Positions 49,658-60,357 of a stretch of DNA of 64,000 nucleotides are shown piece by piece. The translations under genes were made by a program, and so were the position numbers. The notes beneath the pieces were generated by a model. The model did not search any database, was not told where the DNA came from, and worked only from the letters and a program-made list of their open reading frames with translations. The first letter of the stretch is position 1. The number at the start of each line of letters is the position of its first letter. Source of the stretch: an uncultured Verrucomicrobiae bacterium (GTDB lineage Bacteria > Verrucomicrobiota > Verrucomicrobiia > Chthoniobacterales > UBA10450); NCBI GenBank assembly GCA_963801815.1, contig CAWDGJ010000002.1, forward strand, positions 832,001 through 896,000, written 5' to 3'.

Positions 49658-52600
49658 TCAGTGGGAAGCCGGGGCGACAACTTCCGGCGGCTCCGTTCCC
49701 ATGGGCGCGGGCTGCCCGATCGGTGAGTGTTTCTTTCCGCCCATGAACCTCTCGACCAGGTAGAAGAGAACTGGGATTAGAAAGACGGCGATGAAACTGG
49801 CGGCCAGCATTCCGCCGATGACCACAAAACCCATCACCTGACGGGAAAGTGCCCCGGCGCCACTGGCTCTGGCTAACGGAACGCAGCCAAGAATAAATGC
49901 GAAGGAGGTCATTAGGATCGGCCGCAGTCGCAACTTGGCGCCTTCGAGAGCGGCTTCGACGAGACCGAGACCCTGCTCGAGTTTCATCTTAGCGAACTCG
50001 ACGATGAGAATTGCATTCTTGGCGGAGAGGCCGATGAGCATAACGAGACCGATCTGGGCGTAGACGTTCAATTCATATCGCCCGACCATCAGCCCGGCGA
50101 ATGCGCCCCAAACCGCGATCGGCAAGCTGAGCAGAACGCTGAACGGTAGGGTCCAGCTTTCGTACTGCGCGGCCAGGACAAGAAAAACGAAGAGCAACGA
50201 CATGGCGAAGATGACGCTGGCGGATACGCCTTCCTGGGCGCGTTTTTCCTGGATAACTCATGCCCATGTAAGCAAATCCCATCTCGTTAGGCATCGTCGC
50301 CTTGAATACTTCCTCCATCGCTTTCATCGCCTGACCGGAGCTGTAGCCGGCGGCAGGCGTGGCATTGATTTGAGCCGAACGATAGAGGTTGTAGCGCATG
50401 GTGAATTCCGGCCCGCTGATTGGCTTGTGTTGAGCACCGCGCTCAGCGGCACCATTGCGCCGTCTTTGTTTTTCACGAAGAACTGGCCGACTTGCTCGAC
50501 GTTCGTGCGATAGTCGCCCTCGGCCTGGACGAAGACCTGCCATTGGCGGCCGAACCGATTGAAATAATTTACGAAGTAGCTGCCCATGAACGTCTGCAGC
50601 GTCTGATAAACCGCGCTCAGGTCGATGTTCTGCTTCAAGCACTTTTTCGCGGTCTACGTTCAGGAAGACCTGCGGCACGCGAGGGCGAGAACATCGGCGT
50701 GACGCCGGTAAGCTCCTTGCGTTCGCGCGCAGCCGCGACGAACTTCATGACGTTCTCGGCGAGGAACGCGACATCCTTCCCGGCGCGGTCCTGGAGCAGG
50801 AACGTCACGCCACCGCTGGTGCCGATGCCCGGAATGGCCGGCGGTGAGAACGCGAACGCGCGCGCGCCGGGAAGTTTGGCGAACTCACTGTTCACGTGTT
50901 TGAGGATGGCGCCGTATTGCTCTTCGGGAGCTTTCCGCTGCCTTCCATTCCTTCAGCGAAATGAAGAAGATGCCGCTGTAGCTCGTGTTGACGCCGCTAA
51001 GAAAGTTGTAGGCCGGTAACGGTCGACTACGTACTCGACTCCTGGCGTGTTCTTCAGAATCTCCTCACAGCGTTTCATCACTTCGTCGGTGCGCTGGAAC
51101 GAGGCGGCGTCTGGCAGGATGACTTGCGCGAAGAAGTAACCCTGATCTTCTTCCGGCAGAAAGCTGCCGGGAACAGCGCTTGCCGAACATCCCGGCAAGA
51201 AACACGAACCCGACCAGAATGATTACGGCGATCAGCGATTTGCGGATCAGAAGATGGCAAGTGCTCGGTGAATTTATCTGTCGCTACTCCGAAGACGCGA
51301 TTAAACCAGTCGAAAAATCTTTGCAGCAGCCCGCTGCCCTTTTTCTTCGGCTTTAGTAGCATCGCGGCGAGCGCGGGCGAAAGCGTGAGCGCGTTGAATG
51401 CAGAGATGAGCATCGAGACCGCAATCGTGACGGCGAACTGCTGATACAATCGACCGGTGATTCCGGGGATGAAGGCCGTCGGCACGAACACGGCCGCAAG
51501 GACAAGCGCAATGGCGATGACCGGTCCGCTCACTTCGTCCATGGCCTTCAGGGTGGCCTCTCGCGGCGAAAGTCCGTGCTCGATGTGATGCTCGACCGCT
51601 TCGACGACGACGATCGCGTCATCGACCACCAGGCCAATGGCCAGGACCAGGCCGAACAGCGAAAGCGTGTTTACCGTGAATCCGAACATCGGAAACAGCG
51701 CGAACGTGCTGACTAGCGAAACCGGCACGGCCAGCAGCGGGATGAGCGTGGCGCGCCAGCCCTGCAGAAAGATGAAAACGACGAGGATGACGAGCAGCAG
51801 CGCCTCGATCAGGGTGTGCTGGATCTCCACCATGCCCTCTGTAACAGCGAGCGTGGTGTCGAGGCAGACAACGTAGTCGAGATCGGCCGGAAATTTCTCC
51901 GACTAACTCTTTGATTCTCTTCTTCGCGCCGTCGGCGGCGGCGATCGCGTTTGAACCGGGAAGCTGATAGAGGGCGACGAGCGCTGCGGGCTTGCCGTTG
52001 AGCCGGCCGGAGAGCGCATAGTTTTGCGCGCCGAGTTCGATGCGTGCCGATATCTTTCACCCGCACCATGGAGCCGTCGACATTTGCGCGAACGACGATA
52101 TCGCCAAATTCCTCGGCCGTTTGGAGACGGCCTTGCGCCCGCACCGCATAAGTGAACTCCTGTCCTTTCGGCACCGGCTCACCGCCAATGGTGCCGGCGG
52201 GGTTCACCGCGTTCTGGGTGTTAATGGCTTGCAGGATCTCCGGAATCGTTAGGCCGAGCTTGGCCAGCTGGTCCGGCTTCACCCAAATGCGCATGGCATA
52301 TTGTCCGGCGCCGAAAACCGTTACACTGGCGATGCCTTTCACGCGGGTGAACTCGTCGTTCAGGTTAATGTTGGCGTAGTTCGCCAGGAAGACGTTGTCG
52401 TAGGTCCCTTTCGGCGAGTAAAGCGCGAACATGATCAGCGGCGACGATGTCGATTTCTGCACCGTGACGCCGAACTTGTTGACGTCCTGTGGCAACTGCG
52501 ACGAAGCCTGGTTGCTCCGCATCTGCGAAAGAATCTGGTCGGTGTTGACATCGGTGCCGACTTCGAAGTTTACCGTGAGCTTGAGGGTGCCGTCGTTGCC

Positions 52601-52846
52601 GTTGACCGACTGCATGTAATTCATGTTGTCGACGCCACTCATTTGCTGTTCGATCGGCGTAGCTACCGATTGCTCGACCGTGAGCGCGTCGGCGCCGGTG
52701 TAGGTGGTTTTGACCTGAATTTCCGGCGGGACAATATCGGGAAACTGCGCCACCGGCAGACGCAGATACGTGATAATGCCGACAATCGTCATCACGATCG
52801 AAATGACGATCGCGACGATGGGTCGATTAACGAAAAACTTGGCCAC
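49658..52846 (-). CDS. RND efflux permease (AcrB/HAE1 family), broken by about 11 single-base indels
   Basis: MAKFFVNRPI, IGLVVDDAIVVVE, FLPEEDQG, LAAQYESW, KNAILIVEFA, RLRPILMTS spread over seven ORF pieces in collinear order. Confidence 0.9.
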
Positions 52847-52851
52847 GGCGG

Positions 52852-54064
52852 TTAATGGCTCTCAGGTTTGCGTTCGTCGTTTGTGCCCGGCTTCTCTCCG
52901 GAGTTGCCGGCAAGGGTTTTCTCGGCCGGAGGTGTCCACGGTTTCGCCACCACCGGCGCGCCGGCTTTGATTTTTTGGAGCCCTTCGACTACGACTTTCT
53001 CGCCCGACTTCAATCCCGAGGCGATCACCCAATCGGTGCCGGTGCGTGCGCCGACTTTCACCGGGCGGATCTCTGCTTTCCCATCCGCGCCGATAATGCC
53101 GAGTTGATAAGCACCTTGAACTTCGGAAACCGAACGTTGCGGCACGACGACGGCATCCTTCAAAACCTGGGCCACGATCCGGGCGCGGGCGTAGAATCCG
53201 GGGCGCAGAACACTACCGGGGTTCTTGACCAGAGCCGTGACCAAAATTGTTCCGGTAGAGGCCTGGACTTGCCGGTCCACTGATAGCAGCTTTGCCTTTT
53301 GAGAAAAAGTCGATCCATCCGCGAGAATTAGGTCGATGTTCTCGGCTCGCTGATCGATTGGTTTGTTCAGCGTCTCCTGTACGCGTTGATTTGCCGCCAA
53401 ATAGTCCGCTTCGCTGACCGGAAACTGAATTTTCGCCGGATCCAGCGTTGAAATGCGTGGTCAGCACGACGTTGCTGCCAGTGCCGACAAGATCGCCTAC
53501 CTGTGCCTTTGCGAGGCCTACAATTCCGTCAACTGGCGCAATCACCTTGCAAAAGTTCAAGTTCAGCTGGGCGTCGTCCACGGCTGCTTGCAAGGCGTCA
53601 ACTTTGGCGATGTTCGCTTCAGCAAGCTGCGTTTTGTTGGTGTGCTCCTGTTCGGAGATCACCTTTTGACTGAAAAGCTTGTCGCTTCGTTCCCTTTCAG
53701 CGATGGCGGCAAGTTTGACAGCTTTGCCTTGCTCCAGCTGGCTTTTTGCCTGAGCCAGCGCGGCTTCGGAAGGCCGTGGGTCGATTTCGAAAAGAAGGGT
53801 GTCTTTCTTAACCAGCGAGCCTTCACTGTAATCGCGCTTGATCAGGTAACCGGTTACCCGTGCGCGAATCTCGGCGTTCTCCGAACCGTCGATGGTTCCG
53901 ATCCATTCGCGATAAACCGGAACGTCGCGGGTGGCTGCCGGTATCACCAAAACTTCCGGCGGAGCGGCAACCACCGTTTCCTGCTTACTGCAGCCACCGA
54001 GGCTGACAAAAGCCAAGCCCGCGGTAAGCGCGCAGCCAGCGGCAAAAGAACGTCGCGAAGTCAT
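52852..54064 (-). CDS. RND periplasmic adaptor (membrane fusion protein), frameshift near 53456
   Basis: Lipobox LGGC, EIRARVTG, LFEIDP, APVDGIVG, LRPG, VVVEG; span is 3n+1. Confidence 0.9.
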
Positions 54065-54498
54065 AGATTCGCCGGCTGCGACAAACGAAATTCGAGTTTT
54101 GTTCCGGGCGCGAAAGTATCTTCACCAAAGCTGAAGCTTCCTCGTTTTGCTCGAGTGGTGTGCGCGGGCTGAGGTTGTAAGGGATTTGTTTTGATAGACA
54201 CCATCTTTCCGTTAACAGACACGCCGGTCAGAACCAGCGTGAGTGGCGAAGAGCTGGTAGTCGAGCGCGAACCACGCGATGCTTGAATAAGTCCGATGAC
54301 AGGCGTTCCCGCGGGAAGGCCGCCGACACTTTTATCGAGTGTGCCGGTGAATTGGTTGCCCGGTTTGGCATGGGTAGAAATCGGCGCATTGGTCCGGACA
54401 ACGAGCGTTGTCCCGGCGGGAACCGTGGCCGCAGACATAGAGTACTGCGTCGCTAGTACGCCGCAGACGAGAATTAGGACAAATATATTTTTATTCAT
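54061..54498 (-). CDS. Small secreted beta-rich hypothetical protein
   Basis: Signal peptide; TVPAGT...LPAGT...APGTKLEFRL; ATGA overlap with the adaptor gene. Confidence 0.75.
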   Translation of the reverse strand: MNKNIFVLILVCGVLATQYSMSAATVPAGTTLVVRTNAPISTHAKPGNQFTGTLDKSVGGLPAGTPVIGLIQASRGSRSTTSSSPLTLVLTGVSVNGKMVSIKTNPLQPQPAHTTRAKRGSFSFGEDTFAPGTKLEFRLSQPANL

Positions 54499-54555
54499 GG
54501 CGATGGTAGGAGTTGAGGTTTCCATTTAGTTTGCCGCCATGCGACTCGGCCCCGG

Positions 54556-54575
54556 TATTGGACTTTAGGCCTACT
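54556..54575. promoter_or_regulatory. Regulator box TATTGGACTTTAGGCCTACT
   Basis: Consensus match upstream of the RND operon. Confidence 0.85.
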
Positions 54576-54685
54576 CCATTGCGAGCTCGGTGGGTGACAG
54601 ATTTCGCTCCGACCCGTCGGCTAAGACGGTACGAAACCACGCTTGGAATCGCGCTTTGCGTGACGACTCTCTGGCACGCCGCTCG

Positions 54686-55588
54686 CTACTTCTTCATTAG
54701 CTTTCTCTTCGCGGCCGCAAGCTCCTTCAGTTTGCTTTCGCCAACTTCCGGGTATTTCAACTTGAGATCGGCAAGGGTTTCAATGACCGCCGCGGCGACG
54801 ACCACGCGAGTAAACCACTTGTTGTCCGCCGGGACGACGTACCATGGCGCTTCCTTCGTCGCAGTCTCCCGGATCATGTCTTCGTACGCTTCCATGTAAT
54901 CGTCCCAGTAATCGCGTTCGGCAGCGTCGTTGGCGGAGAACTTCCAGTTCTTGACCGGGTTATCGATTCGTTCGAGGAACCTCCGCTTCTGTTCTTTCTT
55001 TGAAACGTGGAGAAAGAACTTCCGGACAATGACGCCGTTGCGGGCGAGGTATTGCTCGAAATTGCGAATATCCTCGAAACGGTGCTCCCAAATTTTCTTT
55101 CCCATCAATTGCGGCGGCATTTTTTGTTTTGCGAGAAATTCCGGATGCACTCGGACGACGAGGACTTCTTCGTAGTAGCTGCGATTGAAGATTCCGATGT
55201 TTCCGCGGTTCGGCAGACACTTCATGCAACGCCAGAGAAAATCGTGGTCGAGGTCCTCCGAGCTTGGCGATTTGAACGAAAAAACCTGACATCCCTGGGG
55301 ATTCACGCCGGACATCACGTGCTTGATCGCGCCGTCTTTCCCAGCGGCATCCATCGCCTGGAAGATCAGCAACACACCCCACCTGTCCTGGGCATAGAGT
55401 TTGTCTTGAAATTCGGCCAGCGCTTCCACCCCCATCGCGAGTGCTTCCTTGGCGCGGGGCTTGTCTTCGCTGGTCAATTTCAACGTATCATCAGGATCGA
55501 CATCCTTCAGTCGAAAATCTTTTCCTTTGGTGACACGAAACGGATCGGTCACCTCATGTACTCTCTTAATAATTTCTTTGGTTTTCAT
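54686..55588 (-). CDS. ppk2: Polyphosphate kinase 2 family protein (class III-like)
   Basis: QAMDAAGKDG Walker A, FNRSYYE, KFFLHVS, WKFS, PWYVVPADNKW. Confidence 0.93.
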   Translation of the reverse strand: MKTKEIIKRVHEVTDPFRVTKGKDFRLKDVDPDDTLKLTSEDKPRAKEALAMGVEALAEFQDKLYAQDRWGVLLIFQAMDAAGKDGAIKHVMSGVNPQGCQVFSFKSPSSEDLDHDFLWRCMKCLPNRGNIGIFNRSYYEEVLVVRVHPEFLAKQKMPPQLMGKKIWEHRFEDIRNFEQYLARNGVIVRKFFLHVSKKEQKRRFLERIDNPVKNWKFSANDAAERDYWDDYMEAYEDMIRETATKEAPWYVVPADNKWFTRVVVAAAVIETLADLKLKYPEVGESKLKELAAAKRKLMKK

Positions 55589-55639
55589 AGGCATTTAGGT
55601 CTGCGTCTAGTGTGTTTAGTTTTGCTGCATAAATTAATC

Positions 55640-56293
55640 TCAAAATTTGACGGTCACCGCGAAAATGAACGTTGCCTCACGCGTTCCGGGGCTCAGCCAA
55701 TAGGTGGTAAGATCGACTTTCTTGTATCTGAACCCGACCAGCGGTCCACGCCGAATGTCCAAGCTACTGCCTAACGCCTTGGTCCGATCCACCACGAGAC
55801 CAACCTTGCACCAACTCGCGGGTGCGTAGCTCAGTTCGGACCAGCTGTAGAAAAAATCTCCCGCATGAATTGCGGAATCGAAAAAGTATTCGCCTTGGGT
55901 AAAAAATTCAATCGGCTCGTAGTTAATCGAAATTGCATAGCCCGGCGCAATTCCGGTGATATCGCCGAACACGCCGCCGACCATCGGTGTGGCGTCAAGC
56001 GTCAGCTTTTTTCCGAAACTGAAGTTGTAGCCGAGCCAGAGCGAGCCGGTCTTGAGCGCTTCATAATTATAGCGGGCTTCCAGATGCAACCAGTCGTGGT
56101 CGGCCGTGAAATTCGGATTGGCATAATCGCGCGAATGCTGCGCGAGATAGGTGGAAATAGATAACGAGCAGTCCCATCCGGTTTCCGCAGTTTCGTCGGC
56201 GGCTTCCAGCGGAGCAATTGTCGCAGCTCCACCAAACGACTCAGAAGCAGCCAGTCCGAGGACAATCGCGAGAGCGGCACACGCGCGCGTCAT
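55640..56293 (-). CDS. Secreted, probable outer-membrane beta-barrel protein
   Basis: Signal peptide, LHLEARYNYE, YSWSELSY, terminal Phe. Confidence 0.7.
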   Translation of the reverse strand: MTRACAALAIVLGLAASESFGGAATIAPLEAADETAETGWDCSLSISTYLAQHSRDYANPNFTADHDWLHLEARYNYEALKTGSLWLGYNFSFGKKLTLDATPMVGGVFGDITGIAPGYAISINYEPIEFFTQGEYFFDSAIHAGDFFYSWSELSYAPASWCKVGLVVDRTKALGSSLDIRRGPLVGFRYKKVDLTTYWLSPGTREATFIFAVTVKF

Positions 56294-56294
56294 T

Positions 56295-56954
56295 TCAGCC
56301 TCCTAGCAAAATGGCAATGCCGACGAGGATGAGGCCAATCGTCACCATGGCTGATCCCGCGGCGAGTCGGTTAAAGCCGGCGTATTGCGCCCACTTTTGT
56401 CCGACGAAAAAGAGCATGACGAGGAGAAGAGAGTTGGAAACGCGAAGAGCGAAACGCGGCTGCGAAAAAATGAAGAATGGAACTGCCGCTGGCAAACACG
56501 ATACAAAAACCAGCCAAAAGCAGGCGAGGGCGCCATAAAGATCGTCTTTGGTCAGCGTCTTCGTCGCGATCTTCGCTTGCGCGATGTGCTTCAGGACCGA
56601 ACGGCTCAGCGCGTCGGCCTGTTGCGAATCGAGAAGCTCTTGCAGTTCCGGTTCGATTTCCTGCTGGATGAGCGCGAGCGCGGATTGTTCGTCGGAAGCA
56701 CTTTGTACCGCCCGGACCAGGCGCACTTTGCCGCTGCGTATGGTGATGCAGTTCATAATGTACATGACCGCGTCGATGAGTCCCCAGGCGAGATTACAGC
56801 CGAAGGCGGCTAGCAGAAGCTGACGCGCTCCGGCCGAACCGTCGGCCACGGTCAGTCCGGCGGTCAGTGTGACGGTCAACACCATAATCAAGCCGAACAA
56901 AATTTCGCCTAATCGGCTGGCTGGATCGAGGTATTTTGAAACGAACGGTCTCAT
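56295..56954 (-). CDS. VIT1/CCC1-like membrane protein
   Basis: EILFGLIMVLT, GCNLAWGLIDA, PAAVPF; five TMs. Confidence 0.8.
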   Translation of the reverse strand: MRPFVSKYLDPASRLGEILFGLIMVLTVTLTAGLTVADGSAGARQLLLAAFGCNLAWGLIDAVMYIMNCITIRSGKVRLVRAVQSASDEQSALALIQQEIEPELQELLDSQQADALSRSVLKHIAQAKIATKTLTKDDLYGALACFWLVFVSCLPAAVPFFIFSQPRFALRVSNSLLLVMLFFVGQKWAQYAGFNRLAAGSAMVTIGLILVGIAILLGG

Positions 56955-57151
56955 TCCTCTCTTCGTTCGGTATGAGCCGTTACGTGCATCGGCTAGATCA
57001 TGCCGGAGACATGTGGATTTCGTGACGTGTTGAAACGTGTGGTCGAGAAAGAACTGGCGATCTGGGTGACAGTCGCGATTGCGATGAGAGACGCAATCAC
57101 AACGCCGACGAGGACAATTTCCAGCAAGGTAAAAATCGCGGTTGTGACGCG

Positions 57152-57171
57152 GTTATGACCTTGGCCTAACC
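57152..57171. promoter_or_regulatory. Regulator box variant GTTATGACCTTGGCCTAACC
   Basis: GAC-CTTG-GCC core, about 200 bp upstream of the VIT-PPK2 unit. Confidence 0.5.
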
Positions 57172-57242
57172 GACGGGGATTTCCGGCACCGCGACCGCAG
57201 ATTGTCATCGCGTCCCGATTAAATGCCCGCATGCGAGTTACC

Positions 57243-58247
57243 TCAGTCCGCCGCGAAGTAACTGGAATCAGCAACCGGTTTCCGCACTACCGGATTGTCG
57301 GTTACGATGACTGTTGTACCCGGTTTGATTTCGTCAGTCAGTTTCTGGGCAAATTCGGTATTGAAACGAAGTCGTGACGCCAGGCTCTCGGCGTCGATAC
57401 CGCGACCCTCGCTACTCACACGCATCCATTTTCCAGCTTCACGTCCTGGCGCCAGTTGGCTCTCCTTGCCCGTCGTTCCTTCGAGACGCGTGAAGATGTG
57501 ACTGCCAAGACGGCTGCCAAGACCGCGACCGTTAATCTCGAGAGCCGCGCGCCCGATCGGATTCCCATTGCGATACACGTACATCGTTCGATCTGCAGAA
57601 CTCAGAACAATCGTGATCGGACCCTGAGGACTTCGCTCCGGATGCCATTGATATTCGTCGCGCGCGAGATGACGGATCATGTCGGGCGTGAGGTCCTTGG
57701 GTGCAAGCATCAATCCTGGATTCGAGGCAAGATGCGGCGTCGGGGTCTTGCCGTCACCCACGACAACCGTACCGCCACTCTTTGTTACGGCGAAGAGCAA
57801 CTGTGAAAAATCGTACGGCAGTCGAATACAACCGTGACTGGCGGCGTAGCCGGGTAACTGGCCTGAGTGCATCGCGATGCCGGACCAGGTCAGTCGCTGC
57901 ATGTTCGGCATTGGCGCGTTGTCGTATTTTTTCGAGTAATGCTCCTGCTTTTTTTCCAGGATAGTGAAGACACCTCCAGGCGTACTATTGTTCTTGCCGC
58001 TGCTTATGGTGCTTCGCCCGATGAGAATCCCGTTTCGATAAACATGCATTGTTTGTTGCGGGATGCTGACCAGCAAAACGACGGGGCCGCTCGGAGAAAG
58101 TTGCGGATTCCACCAATACTCACCCGGTTTGAGTGGTCCCGTTGGCTTACCCGTGGGACTTCCCTTGGTGTGAAACGAAGGCCTCTCCATGGCGTAAGCG
58201 CTGAATAGCAAGGCGACAGAAACAACAACAAAGGAGACGAATTTCAT
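57243..58247 (-). CDS. L,D-transpeptidase (YkuD family)
   Basis: TPGGVF, GIAMH, SHGCIRL catalytic motif; signal peptide. Confidence 0.93.
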   Translation of the reverse strand: MKFVSFVVVSVALLFSAYAMERPSFHTKGSPTGKPTGPLKPGEYWWNPQLSPSGPVVLLVSIPQQTMHVYRNGILIGRSTISSGKNNSTPGGVFTILEKKQEHYSKKYDNAPMPNMQRLTWSGIAMHSGQLPGYAASHGCIRLPYDFSQLLFAVTKSGGTVVVGDGKTPTPHLASNPGLMLAPKDLTPDMIRHLARDEYQWHPERSPQGPITIVLSSADRTMYVYRNGNPIGRAALEINGRGLGSRLGSHIFTRLEGTTGKESQLAPGREAGKWMRVSSEGRGIDAESLASRLRFNTEFAQKLTDEIKPGTTVIVTDNPVVRKPVADSSYFAAD

Positions 58248-58287
58248 GGCGTAGATGGCAAGCTTGCCTGCTGGATAGCGGCCCGAG

Positions 58288-58307
58288 TATTGGACCTTAG
58301 GCTTACA
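58288..58307. promoter_or_regulatory. Regulator box TATTGGACCTTAGGCTTACA
   Basis: Consensus match 41 bp upstream of ATG 58247. Confidence 0.85.
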
Positions 58308-58361
58308 CTATGGCAGGCGCTTGCCGGCCCTGAGGACCCGACCTGCGCTTAGCCTAACGAA

Positions 58362-58814
58362 TTAATTCGCCGCGACTGCCGACTCGATACCAGCGAGAAA
58401 CGCGGCGTCATCTACCGGCTTCAGAAAGAAAGAGGACGCCCCCGTGTCCATTGCCCTGGAACGGACTGAAGGATCGTCCTTGCTGGTTAAGACAACCACT
58501 CGACTCGACGGCGAAAGCTGGCGCAGCCGTGATTGTACTTCGAGGCCGTTCATGATCGGCATCAGGATGTCGAGCACCACGACTTTCGGATGGTTGACTT
58601 CAGCGTAACGCAAGAATTCACGTGGATCGCTGAAGGCTTCCACTTTCCATCCAGCCGAGGAAAGCAATCGGCCCGTTGCTTTCAAGACGGACGGATCGTC
58701 GTCGACCAGACAAACCGTGATCCCGTGCGTCTTAGGCGCTGAGTTCAAGTCCGACCTCCCGTTTTGCGGAAAGGAACCGTTTTGGAAATAGGCGCTGTGC
58801 TGATGTTCCGACAT
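58362..58814 (-). CDS. Stand-alone receiver (REC) domain protein
   Basis: CLVDDD, VLDILMP, VLTS, FLKP. Confidence 0.9.
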   Translation of the reverse strand: MSEHQHSAYFQNGSFPQNGRSDLNSAPKTHGITVCLVDDDPSVLKATGRLLSSAGWKVEAFSDPREFLRYAEVNHPKVVVLDILMPIMNGLEVQSRLRQLSPSSRVVVLTSKDDPSVRSRAMDTGASSFFLKPVDDAAFLAGIESAVAAN

Positions 58815-59136
58815 ATTGCTTGATCAAATTAATCAGTTCATTCTCCGAGAGCAGGTCGCGCGCCGGATTGTGATGTGGCTTGAGCGCGATAATCGTCCAA
58901 GTGGCGGGCGAGATTTCTCGGAGCCGGGCCTTGATTCCCAAACCACGCGCGCGCGGTCCGCCAAAATCCAGAACGGCAACGTCCGGAGAATGAGTTTGCG
59001 CATACTGCAGAAACGCATCTGGATCATTAAATGGTCGGGTCTGCCAGCCTGCGGACGATAAAACACGCTTCTTGGCCTTGAGTTGCGACGGATCATCATC
59101 GAGCACGCAAATCAAGATGGAATCAACGTCTCGCAT
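58732..59136 (-). CDS. Atypical or degenerate receiver domain protein
   Basis: VLDDD and AVLD present; conserved Thr/Ser and alpha4 region missing (WTIIALKP); 3' end overlaps the next gene. Confidence 0.6.
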   Translation of the reverse strand: MRDVDSILICVLDDDPSQLKAKKRVLSSAGWQTRPFNDPDAFLQYAQTHSPDVAVLDFGGPRARGLGIKARLREISPATWTIIALKPHHNPARDLLSENELINLIKQYVGTSAQRLFPKRFLSAKREVGLELSA

Positions 59137-59172
59137 ACTTAATCAGGCTAGTCAGTCACCAGCACTTCGCGG

Positions 59173-59192
59173 TATGGGACCTTCGTCCTATG
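59173..59192. promoter_or_regulatory. Regulator box TATGGGACCTTCGTCCTATG
   Basis: Consensus match 37 bp upstream of ATG 59136. Confidence 0.85.
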
Positions 59193-59237
59193 ACTCGGGC
59201 GATTAGCATTAACGATCAGTGGCCCCGGTCTCCGACT

Positions 59238-59687
59238 CTACTTGTCGATATTCTCTTTAGAAGCGTCCAACGCTGAGTGCACTGTGTTTAGAAACTTCTC
59301 CTCGTCGAAAGGCTTGAGAAAAAAAGCGAACACGCCGGCTTGCGTCACCGTGGCTTCGGCGCCTGCGTCTTCGCGGCCGGTAATAAAGATCAAACGGGTG
59401 CGCGGCGACTTCGCGCAGAGATGCGCGAGTAGTTCCATCCCGGTCATGTGCTCCATCCAGATGTCCAGTATCGCGACCGAAACCGGGTTCTTTGCGACAT
59501 AGTCGAGAAAGATTTCTGGTTCGGCAAAGGTCCGCACTTCAAAGCCGGCCAACTCCAGCAAGCGACCCACCGACTTTCTGACGGACGGATCGTCATCGAC
59601 AAGACAAACGACTTCCGGTTTCAAAAACCGTTGTTTGCTCAGAGACGACTCAGGTTCAACCGGATGACTCGTTTGCACAGAGTGCAA
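59238..59687 (-). CDS. Stand-alone receiver (REC) domain protein
   Basis: CLVDDD, ILDIWM, FITG, FLKPF. Confidence 0.9.
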   Translation of the reverse strand: MHSVQTSHPVEPESSLSKQRFLKPEVVCLVDDDPSVRKSVGRLLELAGFEVRTFAEPEIFLDYVAKNPVSVAILDIWMEHMTGMELLAHLCAKSPRTRLIFITGREDAGAEATVTQAGVFAFFLKPFDEEKFLNTVHSALDASKENIDK

Positions 59688-59713
59688 CTAACTCAGAGTG
59701 AGCGGGAATTAGA

Positions 59714-59733
59714 AATTAGACCTTGGTCTTATG
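59714..59733. promoter_or_regulatory. Regulator box AATTAGACCTTGGTCTTATG inside the last codons of the FixJ-family gene
   Basis: Reverse complement reads CAT AAG ACC AAG GTC TAA = HKTKV*. Confidence 0.8.
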
Positions 59734-60357
59734 GAGCGAACGGGACCCAACCCCGGCCTTTTGCGCGAGGCGAATCAGCTCTGCCACCGAGGTGACGCCA
59801 AGTTTTTGCATCACGCGACCGCGATGAACCTTGACGGTTTTCTCAGCCATGCCGAGTTCGGCACCGATTTGTTTGTTCAACATGCCGGTCGTCACCAGCT
59901 GCATCACTTCAAATTCGCGCGGCGTCAGTGAATCAAGAAGCCGGCGCGATTCGTTTTTCTCCGCGGCTCGCTGGCGCTGCTTAACGGATCGACTCAGCGC
60001 CTGCTCAACGCACTTCAAGAGCTGGCTCGGCTTGAATGGCTTTGGAAGAAAATCAACGGCGCCGGCTTTCATCGCGCGCGCGCACATCGGAATGTTCCCG
60101 TGCCCGGTGATGAAAACGAGTTGCTCCTCCCGATTGCGCTGAATCAGAGCTTCCTGAAAGTCGATTCCATTTAAACCCGGCATTTGAACATCGACGATCA
60201 CGCAAGAGGGACCCTGATAAGACGGTCGCGCCAGAAAATCAGAAGCTGATGCGAACACCTCGGCGTCGTAGTCGGCGGAGCTTAACAGGCGTTTGAGGCT
60301 TTTCCGGACCGATTCGTCGTCATCGATCACGAACACGAAGGGTTTAGGTGCGCTCAT
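59716..60357 (-). CDS. FixJ/NodW-family response regulator (REC + LuxR-type HTH)
   Basis: VIDDD, VDVQMP, ITGHG, AMKAGAVDFLPKP, LTPRE, NKQI, EKTVKVHRGRVMQK. Confidence 0.95.
   Translation of the reverse strand: MSAPKPFVFVIDDDESVRKSLKRLLSSADYDAEVFASASDFLARPSYQGPSCVIVDVQMPGLNGIDFQEALIQRNREEQLVFITGHGNIPMCARAMKAGAVDFLPKPFKPSQLLKCVEQALSRSVKQRQRAAEKNESRRLLDSLTPREFEVMQLVTTGMLNKQIGAELGMAEKTVKVHRGRVMQKLGVTSVAELIRLAQKAGVGSRSLHKTKV

Noticed and set aside
56993..57274. 93-aa ORF with one hydrophobic segment
   Set aside because: Overlaps the L,D-transpeptidase end, has no recognisable family, and spans a probable box
59716..60357. Calling the regulator DosR or FixJ proper and its kinase a heme oxygen sensor
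   Set aside because: Only family-level similarity is visible; I cannot confirm a heme-binding PAS or orthology, and box similarity to DosR does not show a shared signal
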